From assembly GCA_039545335.1 (NCBI GenBank), contig BCIN01000005.1:772641-836640 (forward strand): 64,000 nucleotides of DNA, in the 5' to 3' direction. The position numbers and the translations under genes are program-made. The notes beneath the pieces were generated by a model, which was given only the letters and a program-made list of their open reading frames with translations, was not told the origin of the DNA and did not search any database. The stretch comes from Kondoa subrosea. Its lineage: Eukaryota. This document shows, piece after piece, positions 12,539 to 26,058 of this stretch. Position 1 is the first letter of the stretch, and every line of letters begins with the position of its first letter.

Positions 12539-13991
12539 TCAAGCAGCAACCTTTCGCTTCTTTCTCGGCTGCTTGACTGGTGCTTCTTCCTCCTCAATAG
12601 GATGATCTTGTCTCCACTTGGTATCGACTAACCATTCTGGAGTGCCTTCAGGTGGGACAGCATCAGCTTTAGGTTCTCCGACAATCCGTCGGTATGAACG
12701 TTCGGGCGGTTTGATAATGTCCAATCGGTCGTAGAGATCTTTCAAAGGTTTGCTTCGCCAAGAAGGGGGCCGAACGAGGAAAAGTTTGCTGGTATGACCA
12801 CCTCGAGGTGCAGGCTTCTTCTTGGAAGTAGATGCTTCGGCGACCGGAAGATTATCTTCATCTCCAGCTTCAGCTTCCTCTTCGCCTGGACCACTTTCTC
12901 GCGAAGATTCATCGGTAGACATGTACTTGTTCTGAATACCCTCTTCGAGTGATTTGCGTTGCTCTTCATCGAAACCCAGAGTTTCCAAATCTTGTTCATA
13001 CCCTTCGACGGCTTTCAACATTTCCCAAGCTGCTTTTCTCCTCTTGGTCTTTTCCTCCTTCATCGCTCTTCGTCGATTACGCTTTCTGGTTTCCTCCTTC
13101 TTTTGTCTTTTCGTATCATCTTGTCTAGCATCCCTCTCTCTTCTCAAATTGATGTAAGCGCTTTCAATAGCTTTCTCCAAAGCAGGCCAATCATCTTCAG
13201 GGACATCATTCCATCTTTCACCTTCCTCTTTAGCAGCCAAAACAGCATTCTTGATCGCATCAGAGAATCTTTTGTTGTCTTGAGATCCACCTAAAGTCTT
13301 CTTCCAGTCCCAGTACCATACTTCTTTCGTTCCTGTCTTGTCATACTTCTGTTCGGTTTGTGGTGAAGTACCAGGAAAATCAGGTAGTGGTTCAGCAAAA
13401 GTTTTCAAACCCATCAGTTCGCACATGGTCGTTCGAACCGCTCGAGAGAGTTCAACTTTCCGATTTTGAGCTCGTGCTTTAGCTGTAGTTGTTTTGCTTC
13501 CAGAAGTCTTGCTCTCTTCGACTGCATTGACTGGTCCTGCTGGTGCTGTGAGAGGTTGAATTTGCGCTGTATTGGCAGTCATTTGATCCAAAACGGCATC
13601 GATTCGCGCGTCTTGTCCACGTAATGGATCAGCAAAGTTTTGAATGTCTTGACGAAGATTAGCGGCATCTGCTGGAGATAGATTGCGCTGTTCGAACATG
13701 TCGAGTCTTCGAGAAAGGTTCAAAAGCTTCCGTGCAGCGTAAGCAGAAGCCATTGCATAACGTAGGAGAAGAACTCACAATACCGCACAGAGGTAAGAGA
13801 GCTTGCGTCAGCTCATCAGATGAGGCAACAGCGCGAGCTTCTGCCAAAGTATGCAAGATTTTGCGGGTGTCGTCAGAAAGAGGACGTGCTGAAACTTGCA
13901 AAGCTGGATCCACATTGGGATCAAATGCGAATTGATTAGGGAATGAGAGTCCAGGAGGAGAGCCAGGGCCAGTAGGAATGTCCAAATCCAT
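12539..13991 (-). CDS. Hypothetical nuclear protein (coiled coil, acidic tract, RPPSWRS motif, C-terminal PRKKRKV NLS)
   Basis: ORF 13659-14054 (ATG 13991) joins the 404-aa ORF through a GTGAGT..AG intron at ~13778-13727. Confidence 0.7.
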
Positions 13992-14363
13992 GGCTTTTGC
14001 GCGAATTTGTGAAAGATAACGAAATTCGAGGAAATATTTGACTTTCACTTGCAAATGTCACAGAAGAGACAGCTTGCGAGACAGTGAGCTCTCGACCAGC
14101 AGCCTAGGAAAACTTGTCGACGTATCGCTGTAAAATGACAGGCTTCTCTAGAAACATCGCAGCATGAAGAATCGGTTCTCGGCGGTTGATCTCGACAGTT
14201 CTGACAGAATATGTGTACAGCGATTACTGCTGACGCAGTTCGTGCTGAGTTATGTCATAATTCGTCTACATTAATTAGCCAACAGCCTTTTTTCACGAGG
14301 ATGTGCGATACCAGCACCAAGCTACTACCGTGCATATGATTGCAGCGCCTGGCATACGACCAG

Positions 14364-15975
14364 TCAAAGATTCCACAAAGTAGTCTGACGCATCGGAGTA
14401 ACCGCTTGCGGTTGATACGTGCCGAGCAAAACCTGTAGAGAACTGATCAGCAACAAGAAGAAGATCGACCCTCAAGTACGTACTTGTGAATTCTCAATCA
14501 GTAGCTCCAGTAGCTCGTCCTGCTTTTCTTCTTTCACCTCTACATAAATGCCCGCTAGGTTGAATTGTAAAACGAGATCCTTTATGATCCTTAGCTTGAG
14601 ACTGGATAATTCCGTATCAAAAGCATAACCATATTTCTGCTCATACTCTGCAACTTCCATGTAACCGGAAACCAGCTTGACGTAATCGATCTTCTGTCCA
14701 AACATTTCGTTCGCTATTCCGTCTTCGTGCAACGGTATTTCTGAGTACAAGAGCGTATCTTCCACAACTTCTTCATCGTCCGCGTCATCTTCCCAATCAC
14801 TTGTGATGATCAGGCGGAAGAAATCGAAGTCAGGCAATGCTTGAGTATGTCCTGGAACTTTCTTGCGGCGAGCCAGTTCGGGCAAATCGTCGATGTACCA
14901 CATGAGCGATTCGGCGCTTGCATCGATGTAAAGATTTTTCAGAGAGGAAGGTAATGTGGCATAGATGAGCTCGATGACGGAGCCGTGACAATCGATAATA
15001 AACTAGTCAGCTTTGAGCAACTCGACCAAGAGGTAGGCCAGTAGTCAAAGATTTGCAGATGAAGTTCTTCTATAGTAGAAGCGACGGCAAGCAGAACATC
15101 TTCCATATATTCATAGAAATGCGTTGATTCGTCTGGATCGAAAGAGAATCTCAACTTTCTTACGTGCTGCCCCAGAGTTGATGCACAAGATATTGTAAAT
15201 GCGTCAAGATCCCACGCACCCAACCATTTCTTCCCAGAAAACAACATCAATCGGTCATCGTTTTGTGCCAGATGATACTCGGTAAGTTGAGGTGTGTCGA
15301 AAAGGAGGGATGTTCTGAAATATCCACTGGTGTCTTCGAGATAATATGCAATTTTGAAATCTTGCAATACCTTCTCTGCTGGATCGAAGAAATCCCTTGT
15401 GTTGCTATGATGGTATGGAATGTCGACGTAGATGGATTCTGCAGCAGTACATGAGATGACCAGAACGCTAATTAGCGATACCAACTCCAGTAGCCCAGCA
15501 GGACCTTTTGTCCCAAAGCTGATGCAAAGTCGACGAACATAGCGAAAGAGAATATGCGTTGAAGGGTACTGCAAAAGCTGCTTGACTTGTTCGATGTTGT
15601 GAAGAACCGATACCTCGTAGAACAGAGGAGATGCAGCAAAATAAAACTCTTGATTCACCAAACGTAAGGTGCAAAGACTTGCATAATGCTCTTTGGGCAT
15701 AACGCTGAAGGGAGTGTTGACAAGACCATAAACTGTTCCATTGCATACAGTCAGAAAGGATGAAGTACTGTAGCCGACAACGCACTGTCATCTTCTTTCA
15801 AGGGATTGGCAGCCGCAAACTCGATGACAAGCAACCGCAACTCCGGGGGAAGACAAATAAACTTGTGGATGACTGGCTTCCTCAGGAAGTACTTGTATGT
15901 CTCCAGAGCCACCTGTCTTGCGGCTCTTGCCTCTGCGTCGAATTTGGATTTCCAAGCCAAACAAAGGGCACGCAT
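14364..15975 (-). CDS. F-box/LRR-like protein with one apparent 1-nt frameshift at ~15001 (possible pseudogene or sequence error)
   Basis: LPPELRLLVIEFA...LCTLRLVNQEFYFAASPLFYE F-box pattern and LRR-like segments. Two breaks are explained by GT-AG introns and one is not. Confidence 0.65.
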
Positions 15976-16209
15976 AGTTGAAGGTAGATTTGTGAAAAAT
16001 AGAGATGAGCTGACTCTTTACTCTAAAGTGCGAGGTTATGCTTTTCGCGCGAACTCAAGCAGCCGTCAATAGAGGCTATCTTGCGTCGCGGTGTGAAGCA
16101 AGAGCCAAAGTCATGACATTACATCAGCATGATGATGGCGAGGTTCACACTTCAAGCAGGTAGTCTCCAGAGCATATATACAGCGAAGAAGCCAGTAGTA
16201 CTAGCATAT

Positions 16210-16967
16210 CTATAGTCTCACTTCAGCAGCCGAGCACACTTCTCCAGCTCAGCACCGAGTATGGTGTCCGATACAGGCAGGTTTTGCTGCAAGACATTAG
16301 CTATCATTGAAGAGGAAGAGACGCGACTCACTTGTACAGCTTCGGGGTGCAATGAACGAGTTAAGCGATGTATTGCCTATGCAAAATCAGCTTGATACAG
16401 GATCCCTGATACCAGTATATACCTCGTACTGAGCTCTCTGCGCAAGTAAAGCGTCTCTCTGCCGCCGTGTTTCGTTCAAGCGTTGCAGCGCTTCGGCATA
16501 CTCGTCGGCTGCATCTTCTTCCACAGGCCAGCTTTCAGGCAAGTCAGAGTACCATCTTAGCACCGCATAAGTCAGACATAGTTGCTCTTTCAAAAGACAT
16601 ACTTGGGTTTCGTTAGATCCAGCTTCACAGACCCATCCTTGCTGATCTGTTTCTCGACTCTCCGCTTCTTTCTCTGCTGATCATCTTGCAGTATCTCAAG
16701 CTGGTTGACAGTTTGTTTGATCACACTGCTCCTTATATCAGGCTGAGTCCAATCAATCTAAAGAACGACCTACCTCGCACTCAGTTTCGCAGAGCGCCTC
16801 TCTTTCTGTGTCGCAGCTAGGGATTTCACAGCTGTAGTCAAGTCTTTGCTAGCTATTGCTGACAGTTCTGGACGCGCTGCTGTGCCATCTGGTAAAGTCA
16901 AGGGTGTTTGCAGCAATTTGACTTGAGCGTTGAGAAATTGTGTGTAGGGGTTTGTGGAAGGGGCCAT
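16210..16967 (-). CDS. FTA4: Kinetochore Fta4/Nkp1-like protein (3' end approximate)
   Basis: FLNAQVKLLQTPL N-terminus, LPESWP, coiled coil, VQQNLP...LGAELEK match the Fta4/Nkp1 pattern. Confidence 0.65.
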
Positions 16968-17258
16968 TTCAGATGGTAGAGCGAGTAAAAGGTATGTAGC
17001 GACTTTTCTGGGCAGTCAGCAAACGAGCAGGCGGTAGTTCGAGGACAGGCTCAAGGGAACAACATGTATAGCGATTACGTAATCTTGGGTCATCTCGTCA
17101 GGACAAGTTTCCATAGTTATGTTGCACTAGATACATCGCTTTACATTATGCAGATATTCATACATCAAAGCCCTCTTTCAAATGTTTCTGAAAAAGCGAA
17201 TGTCTAACCAAACTCATCAGCAAGAGGACATTAGCAATCTGAAACAAGCTTACTTCAA

Positions 17259-17640
17259 TCATTGAAGCATACTCTGAACCTCCAGCTCATACTCGACTTT
17301 GAGCATCCACATCGCGACGTTTTGCATTCGTGCATGATCTTTCGGTAATCCAACTGGAATCTAGAAGGCAAGAGTTATTAGGATTGCTTCTAGGCATGTA
17401 TGCGAAGATGATACTCACCCAATCCCTCCTCATCTGATCCCTTTCACTCTCGAAATCCCCAGCAAGAATAGCATCAGAATCCAAACTGCTCTTGACACTA
17501 TCTTTGACCAGCCGGATACAATCTTTCTGAATTTTCGTCCCTTTAGGTTTTCGAGTAGGTAATAGAGAGCGGAAGTAGGCGGAAAGGCTGCTTTTGCTTG
17601 AAGAAGTTCCGCTGGAGGAAAACATTGAAGATCTGGACAT
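17259..17640 (-). CDS. Small hypothetical protein (~107 aa, 2 exons)
   Basis: ATG 17640. A GTGAGT..CTAG intron joins ...RRDW in frame to IPVGLPKDHARMQNVAMWMLKVEYELEVQSMLQ*. Confidence 0.5.
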
Positions 17641-18371
17641 TGTATTGGATAATTGAGAGGAAGTGATGCAGTGAAGAAGAAAGAGAAGGAGCAGCATGGC
17701 CGTGTTACGTATACTCGATCAGCTTGATGTGATGTGATTGGATTTGATTTGATGTGAGCGGGTTTCAGAAAATGACAATAGACCAAACGAAAGAGATCAC
17801 AGCGGCTACGCGTCACAGTCCTCTTGACATTACTTATGACCTTATAGACGAACAAAGCCGTGCTGCGCAGCTGTAACAGCAGATTTGAAGTCGTGCGACG
17901 AGACAACCAAATCATCGTAGCGAATCAGAAACATTGACTTTTCTTCCAGCAAAGTTTGTGCGCACGAAGAATACGCAGAGTAAGAGTATACAGACAAATC
18001 AGATCATAAGACAGTCATGGCAAGCATTTTAGAGACATTTAGCTTGACACACATGCAAGGCCAATCAGCAGAAGAAACGCCGCAGTACACTTGCAAGCTA
18101 CGTCCAGAGCAATGCAACACCACCGCGACAACGGTTTGCTGTCAAGGGAGAAACCGGGTCTCAGCCAAAAGTGGCTGATGTCTCCCCGACGCAAGAAATT
18201 TTTTAACTTGAAGTCGAACAACTCCCGAGCCTATTCTTCTGCTCGCTCTATCTCTACTGGTTTCTCTGTAATCCACCTCTCTCTTTCAAGTGCGTTGCAT
18301 GTCCAGGCGAGGTCCCGTCAATGCTGAAATTGCGCATGATTCGCACAGCCTTTATCTAACCCAAAAAAAAA

Positions 18372-19980
18372 ATGGCTCAAGCAAAGAAGCAAAAGTCCGT
18401 AAAGGATTTCGCCGTATGTGTACATCTGTTGCATCCATTGCGAAAGCTTATTCGAAGGTCTTCAGACCGATTTCGTATGTTGCAATGACCCGTCAAATCA
18501 CTACATATCTCATATCGACTCGTAGATGATTGGTGGTGTCTCTGCCGGTGTGTCCAAGACCGCTGCTGCCCCTATTGAACGTATCAAGCTCTTGGTTTGT
18601 CTACTGAGGATTCGGCCTCGCGGAAATTGATATTGTCCCGCAGGTCCAAAACCAAGGTGAAATGCTCAAGACCGGTCGTCTGGCGACTCCTTACAAGGGC
18701 ATCAGCGACTGCGCTGTCCGAACTTACCAAGCCGAAGGTCTTGCTGCCTTCTGGCGAGGCAACACTGCCAACGTCATTCGTTATTTCCCTACCCAAGCTT
18801 TGAACTTGTCTTTCAAGGATTTCTTCAAGTCGATGTTCAACTTTGACAAGAAGCAATCTTATGCCAAGTGGGCCGCTGGTAACTTGGCTTCAGGAGGAGC
18901 TGCCGGTGCAACTTCCCTTCTTTTCGTCTACTCTCTTGATTTCGCTCGTACTCGTCTGGCTGCCGACGCAAAGGGAAAGGGTGGATCTGAACGTCAATTC
19001 AACGGTCTCGCCGATGTTTACAGAAAGACTAGTCAGTCTGATCAACCCTTTGTCAATCAAAGCTCAATGTCTATCCAGTTGCTACCGATGGTATTGCTGG
19101 TCTCTACCGTGGTGTACGTATCTATCATCTCTTATGCTCACTCATACTCACAGCTTTGATAGTTCCTTCCTTGTTTGTCATGCTTCGCCGTGCATTAATG
19201 GTTTAGCTAATTTTACTTCTCCTATAGCCGTTGTTGGTATTGTAGTATACCGTGGTCTTTACTTCGGTCTTTACGACTCAGTTAAGCCAGTCGTCTTGAC
19301 CGGTTCCCTCAAGAACAACTTCCTTGCTTCTTTCGGTGAGCTTCTTGAGCTTGATCAGCGAACGATTCTGATCTTCAAAATTCAGCCCTTGGATGGATCG
19401 TCACTACTGTTGCTGGTATTGCTTCATGTTAGTTCTCGTAGCTTCTCCTTCTTCATTGATCTCACGTCATTTGAAGACCCATTGGATACCGTACGAAGAA
19501 GAATGATGATGGTGAGCCTCAAATATAACATATCGAGATTCAACTGATGCTGATCTCACGTAGACGAGTGGTGAGAAAGTCCACGTATGTCTTAATTTCG
19601 CTTTTCTCTATTTTCACCCTAATCTTTTTTCTGGTTCAGTACAACGGCATGGTTGACGCAGCTCGCAAGATCGCCGCCGCAGAGGGAGTCTCCAGTTTGT
19701 TTAAGGGAGCGGGGTGCGGTTTTTTCTTTGTGCCCGTTCATATCTTTCGATGCTGATTATTGCCGTTTTTAGTGCCAACATTGTGAGACTTTTGATCCTC
19801 TGTGACACGAAGATACTGACTGTATTGCTAACAACAGCTTCGAGGTGTCGCAGGTGCAGGTGTGCTATCCATTTACGACAAGGCCCAAGAGTTGTGCGTT
19901 CCAGTCTTTTCATATGTTTCGTGATCATGCTGACCCATTCCACGATTAGGCTGCTTGGCGCAAACGCAACTGGAGGGTAA
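18372..19980 (+). CDS. AAC: Mitochondrial ADP/ATP carrier (~13 introns)
   Basis: [63 protein letters not shown] and the RRRMMM signature. Confidence 0.97.
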
Positions 19981-20595
19981 GTCCCGTTCACCTGTCCGTC
20001 TCTGCATTATCTGACTTCGGACACCAGAAACGTCGCTGCCTAGAGGAACCAAGCGTTTTCAGACGGTATTTGGGCTATATGTTTTTCAATGCATGGTTCA
20101 TACATTCAAGCATATTGTTACTACTACTTCCCTGTTGCTCTTGTATCCTTCCTGCTTTCTTACCGTCCAGTGCAGTAAGACGAGCTGACGGGTCGACTTC
20201 AAAGTACTCTTCACAGTACCGTTTCTGGCCAGCTGTGCTCGCAAGCCCAAAGGCCAGCGAGAGTATTGCCTTCTCTATGGATCTCCCACGTTTCCCTACG
20301 TTTCCTTCTGCTTGAAAAGCAAAACCTGCTTGTGAAAAACCGAGACCTTGTTGATTTCAACCATTCAAAACAGCCGAATCTTACCTCGAATCTACACTTC
20401 TGCTGGTACTGCCCCATACAGACCCTATTGCACCGAGCAAACCAGGTTATTCCCAAGCCTTCCAAAGTCTAATAATCCCGAAAGCTCATAATGCATTCAT
20501 TTAGTTGAACTCTCAGCTCTCAAGACCTCGCTCAGCCGTAGCGCTGCAGCTTTCATCTGTCGCTTCTTCATCCTTTGCTTCCCGCCCACCAAGAA

Positions 20596-22966
20596 ATGAC
20601 TGAAGTTTCCTCTGATTTTGGGTCTGCTGATGAAAGGCTCGCTGCTTTGGGCTACCAGCCTGAGCTTCAGCGTACAAGATCAACGTGGCATGTATCGTTC
20701 ATGTCATTCGTTTTGGCTTCAATTCCCTATGGTCCGTTTTCCATGCGGCATTGGTACATCGTGGGATTGTTCTCAACCATGTGCAGGACTCACTACCACC
20801 ATGTACTACTCAATAGCTAATGGAGGTGAGTCATCTTGTGTGAAGAGGCAGTTCTTTGTCTGAGTTGCCCGATACAGGTCCCGTAACCGTGTAGGCTGTT
20901 TGCTCATAGTGTGCTACCAAAGCTAAAGGGTCTATAGCATCTGGGGTTGGGCTGTTGTTTGTGGGTCTCTGCTCTTCTTCCTCCTCACCCTCCTGGTGCA
21001 TTCTGATGCTTCCTGATTGTCAGCCTTCTTTACACTCGTTTGTTGTCCACTTAGCTGGAAGCTTTGTACGCGATTGACGTGCTGCGCAGTGTATCGCTAT
21101 ATCACTGGCAGAAATCGTCTCAGTCTATCCTTGCGCCGGAGGTGTTTACTATCAAACTTTTATGCTCGCCCCTCCAAGCTACCGCAAGATCCTGTCGTAC
21201 ATCTGCGGTTGGTCGTTCTTTGTTGGAAATGGTAGGTCATTCACACAAGCTTCTTTACTCGCTGATCTCGACGATTAGTTACAATCACTCGTAAATCTGA
21301 CATTCAGCCGATTAAATGAGGCTCACTAGTGTATAGTGGCCGTAAACTTCGGTACTTCTCTACTCTGGGTTGCCTGTATTCGGCTGTTCTCCGAGAATTA
21401 TCTTACCGAAACTTACCAAACTTACCTCATCTTCGTTGGAATCACCTTACTCTGCTCAGCTATCTCGACTTTCGGTAATCGATACTTACACATCTTGGAC
21501 ACCTTTGCTATTTTCTGGACTTTTGCTGGAACGATTGCGATCGTAGTAGTGATTTTGGCATTGGCTAAAGGTGGAAGGAGACCTGCTTCGTATGCATTCG
21601 GTGAATTCGACACCGCCAATATTACTTGGCCAGCTGGTTGGGCATTCTTGTAAGCTGCTCCAAACAAGTTGCCACGACCATTTCTTATCGAATTGCAGCG
21701 TCGGTCTTTTGCAAGCAGCCTATGCCTCATCTTCCACCGGCATGATTGTATGTCTAGCCTCAGCCACTGCCATTGCGCTTGGGTCTTTGTTGCTCATGTC
21801 ATTCTGTTGTAGGTTTCAATGTGCGAAGAAGTAGCTCATCCGGAAACTCAAGTACCTAAAGCTAGTAAGTTTTAGGCTCTCTGTTGCATCTTAGCTGACT
21901 TGCGTAACAGTGGTCGGTACCATCGGACTCAACTTCATTTGCGGCATGCTCTTCATGATCCCTCTCATGTTCGTCTTGCCTGATATTGCCGATCTGCGTA
22001 TGTTCTGCGCTCTAGCTTGTGCAACGATCCGCTAATTGACTTCCAGTCGCTCTACCAAGCGGTCAGCCTGTGCCAGCGATTCTGCTTTCAGCTGTGGGTG
22101 GAAGTGCTGGAGGCGCCTTTGCTTTGATGGTAAGTCTGTCCTCTTCCAGTTCTAAGAGGAACAGAAGTAATGATCTTCCGAGGTGCCTATTCTGGTTCTC
22201 TCTATCTTGTGCGGTACTGGATGCACAACCGCTGCAACTCGCTGTACTTGGGCTTTCGCAAGAGATGGTGCTATTCCTGGTTCTAAGCTATGGTCTAAAG
22301 TCAACAAGAAATTTGATCTGCCACTCAACGCTATGATCTTCGTCACTGTAATCCAGATCTTGTTCGGCTTGATCTACTTTGGTAGTCCTGCTGCATTCAA
22401 GTCAGCCTTTGCCTTCGCAGCTTCATTGCCGTGTGCTGATCTTCTGGGCTTTGACAGTGCCTTTGGGTTAGTGTTTCTGATCCAAAGGCCTGCCATATAC
22501 TTATATATTCAAACTAATCCAGTGGTGTCGGTGTCGTTTGTCTTGGTCTAAGTTATGCTGTACCTATTGCAGTCAGCTTCTTCCGAGGGAGAAAAGACGT
22601 GAAGCGAGGCAAGTTCTACTGTGGTATCGTTGGTACGATCGCAAATGTTGTTGCTATCGCATGGACGATCTTGGCCATTCCTCTCTTTTGCTTCCCAAGT
22701 GAGTTGTGTCAGTCCCGGGATGGTGAAAATGCTCACGGCCACCCTTAGCCACCAATCCACCCACTGCTCAATCTATGAACTACGCATCAGTCGTTTTTGC
22801 ATTCAGTATTTCCGCTTCAGCAGCCTGGTACTTGGTGTGGGGACGCAAATACTACGACGGACCACCAGTAGACACCGATCCAGCGCTTACGGCCCAAGGA
22901 ATAGTGCATCCTTCGACCCAAGAAGAGTTCGCAGCTATTCGCGAAAAACACGATAAGAAGATTTAG
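20596..22966 (+). CDS. APC-superfamily amino acid/choline/GABA permease (UGA4/HNM1-like), many exons
   Basis: LAALGYQPELQR, SLAEISSVYP..GGVYY, MCEEV..PE..VPKA, TRCTWAFARDGAIP, MNYASVV. Confidence 0.9.
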
Positions 22967-23197
22967 AGGTGTTACATAAAAGCAAATCTCTAGTTCCGGG
23001 CATTATGAAAACAAAACAAAATAGATCTGTATCCATTCCTTTGTAAGACTTCCGGATAGACGAATAAAGTGTAGTTCCGTTTTGAAACGCAGATATGTAT
23101 TCAGAAAAACATGCATCTCGACGTGACGTAACGTCGATAATGAACAAAGATGCACTAGAGATTGGGAATGATCATGTAGGGTATACATTAATGCTGT

Positions 23198-26007
23198 CTA
23201 CTTGCGCTTCTTAACTGCTCCTGAGCTTTTCTGCTTTGCACCTTTCTGAAAAGTACTGCCTCGACAGATCAGCATGAGATCGGCAAACGATTAAGCCACT
23301 CACGACTTCTTTTTCCCTTCTTTAGGCGCGCTCTTCTTGCCCTTCATAGGTTTGACAGGACCAGGAGCGAGACTGTTCAACTTGACCGGTCGAGCGGCTT
23401 TCTTGGCTTGACGAATCTGACCACCTGAAGGTCCATCCTTCTTGGCATCTTCCATAGCTTCTTGACGTCTGCGTTGCTTGTGATTGAGATTCTTATCTTT
23501 ATCTTTGCCTCCTAGTCTTTGAGCGCGAGATAAAGGCTCGCTGCCGTCTGCCGTAGGTGTACGAAGAGCCTTGGCGCCAACGTCTGTATGTGTCATCAGA
23601 TGACAACGAAAATGTACGGCACAAACGGGCTTACTTTTTGCCCTGTTCTTTTCGCTCTGAGAAGCGAACCAAGTTCGAGCAGGTCGCGCCTTGATTTCAT
23701 CAGCGTGCTGGATGAGATTTTGACCTTTGGTCAGCTCCATCTCCGTTCGACGCATCTATCATTCATGATCAGCTCTGATCTCGTTATCAGCTTTCGTTTA
23801 GCTTACCTCCTTCTCCTCCTTCTCTTCTTCGAGAACACTAGCAATTTCCTTTTGCATGCCTTTGATCTCTTCTAAGCAACTCTTGATCAACTCAGGTTCG
23901 AGAACTCTTTGTTTGACTGTATCGTTCTTCGCATGCTTGATTGCAAGTTTCACTAATTTTCGATCGGTCTCGCCAACAAGAGTCAAAGCTCTTCCTTTCG
24001 CTCCCGCTCGAGCTGTTCTTCCTACTCTGTGTAGATAGATTTCGACCGATGCTGGCATTTCAGCATTAATCACATAGTCCTATTACCCCTTGTCAGCTTA
24101 TACTGATACTGACATTAAGGTGAGAAGAAGACAAACGATTCCTTTGATATCCAAACCACGAGAAGCCAAATCCGTAGCTAAAAGGTAATCCACTTCACCC
24201 GTTCTGAAATGTTGCAAACTTTCCAACCTTTGTTCTTGGCTTAAGTTTCCATGCAATTCGTCCGCTCTTAGACCGCAAAGACCAAACAATATCTTCATCT
24301 TATGAGCAGTCACTTTGTTTCGGAAGAAAATGATTGTTTTGCCTCTGAAGGTACGGCGACAAATGGCGAGTAAAGTAGCTTCTCTTGCTAATGAGTCAGC
24401 TTTAGAAGCAGTAGATTTGATTCGAAGGAATTCTTGAGTTAGAGTAGAGGAAGAAGCACCCAATTGATCAACTTTGATGCGAACCGGTTTTGATAAAGAT
24501 AAACGAGCTAAAGCAGAAACGTCTTCCGTTATTGTTGCTGAGAATAGGAGAGTTGAACGAGATCGGGGACAAGCGGAAATGATTTCGGTTAATTCGTCTC
24601 GGAAACCCTGTAGCAATCATTCAGCTGATGAACAGCCTGAGCAATACAAGTTGACAAACCTCTTCGAGAATACGATCAGCTTCATCGCTGTCAATACGTC
24701 CAAATCTGATGAGCTTGCGAAGAAGCAGAAGAGGACATCAACTGACATGATCAAAACCTCCAGACTGTCCAATGAAAAACTGTTTGTATTCCTAACATGA
24801 TCAATTAACCTTCCCGGCGTGCAGACCACAATATCCGGTCTTTTCTTGAGTTCCATTTCCTGAACTTTCAAGCTCAACCCACCCACACAAAGAGTGAAAG
24901 TGATATCCGTATATCTAGCCAAAGCTTTGCCCACATTGCAAACTTGAACTGCTAATTCTCTTGTAGGACAAACAGTCACTACTCTAGTTGCTGGAGTTCT
25001 TTTATCTCGATGTAGCAAACGTTCTAGAACGCCAACCCAGAAAGCAACTGTTTTTCCTGATCCGGTCACAGAAGAACCGACTACGTCTTTCCCCAGTAAG
25101 ACTACTGGGATAGTTGATGCTTGAACAGGTGTAGGAGTAGTCAGACCTAAAGCTGATAAACCGAGTAAGATTTGACGAGAGAGTTTAGCGTTTGGTAAAG
25201 AAGAGAAAGGTGGAAGATCAGTATGTTTTACTACTGATGGAGGAGCAGAGAAGTAAGATGCGTCTGTTGTATTTTTATTCTCGGCTTCTGCATCAGAATC
25301 GGAAGAAGAATCTTGATGTGTTGAAACAAGAGCATTTGTTCGCTCGAACGCTTCTTCGTCAAAGTTCCCACCATCTTCCGCATCGGAAGCATCTGATGGG
25401 ATATCACTAGCTTCTTCTAGTTCAGCGTCATCTGAAAGATCTTCTTCATCTTCATCATTTCCAGGATTAGGTAAATCTTCTTCCTCTTTTTCTTCATCAG
25501 AAGGCAATTCTTCAATAGTCGCTTGCGTTGTAGTCATAGTAGGACCAGTCTTGAGCCGTTTAGCAATGATTTGATCCACATCAACTCTAGGTAAAGCGTT
25601 CTTCTTTCGAAACAGGTCAATAGTATCCGTCAGGTCCTGATATTAAGATATGCTGGATCATTACGACGGCCTACTCTTCTTCAAATTGTTGAAGCACGCA
25701 CCCATATATCGCCTTTAGTATTTTGATGACCAGATTGATAACCACCGCCTAAACCATCGAAATTGAAATCAGCCTTCCATTCCTCTTGTCCTTCTCGCAA
25801 TCCTGCATCTTTCTCTACATCTTCTTCCACTTCTTCCAAAACTTCTCTCTTGCGTTTTGAAGCTTTCAACTCTTTTTTCGTGAGTTTCTTTCCTGGCTTC
25901 TGCTGTGGTTTCGCTTTAGATTTCTTGGAGGTATGTGAAAGTGTAAGGTTATCATCTAATTGTGGTATCTCATCATCCGATTCCAGCGTCCCTATGAAGT
26001 CAGACAT
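23198..26007 (-). CDS. DRS1: DEAD-box RNA helicase Drs1/DDX27 (60S biogenesis)
   Basis: Q motif [25 protein letters not shown], spliced [26 protein letters not shown], and the Drs1-type RPARTWF C-terminus. Confidence 0.95.
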
Positions 26008-26058
26008 CGTTGCAGGACAAGCGCTCGTTTTTTTCGAGTGTAATGTTGACGAAAGACC

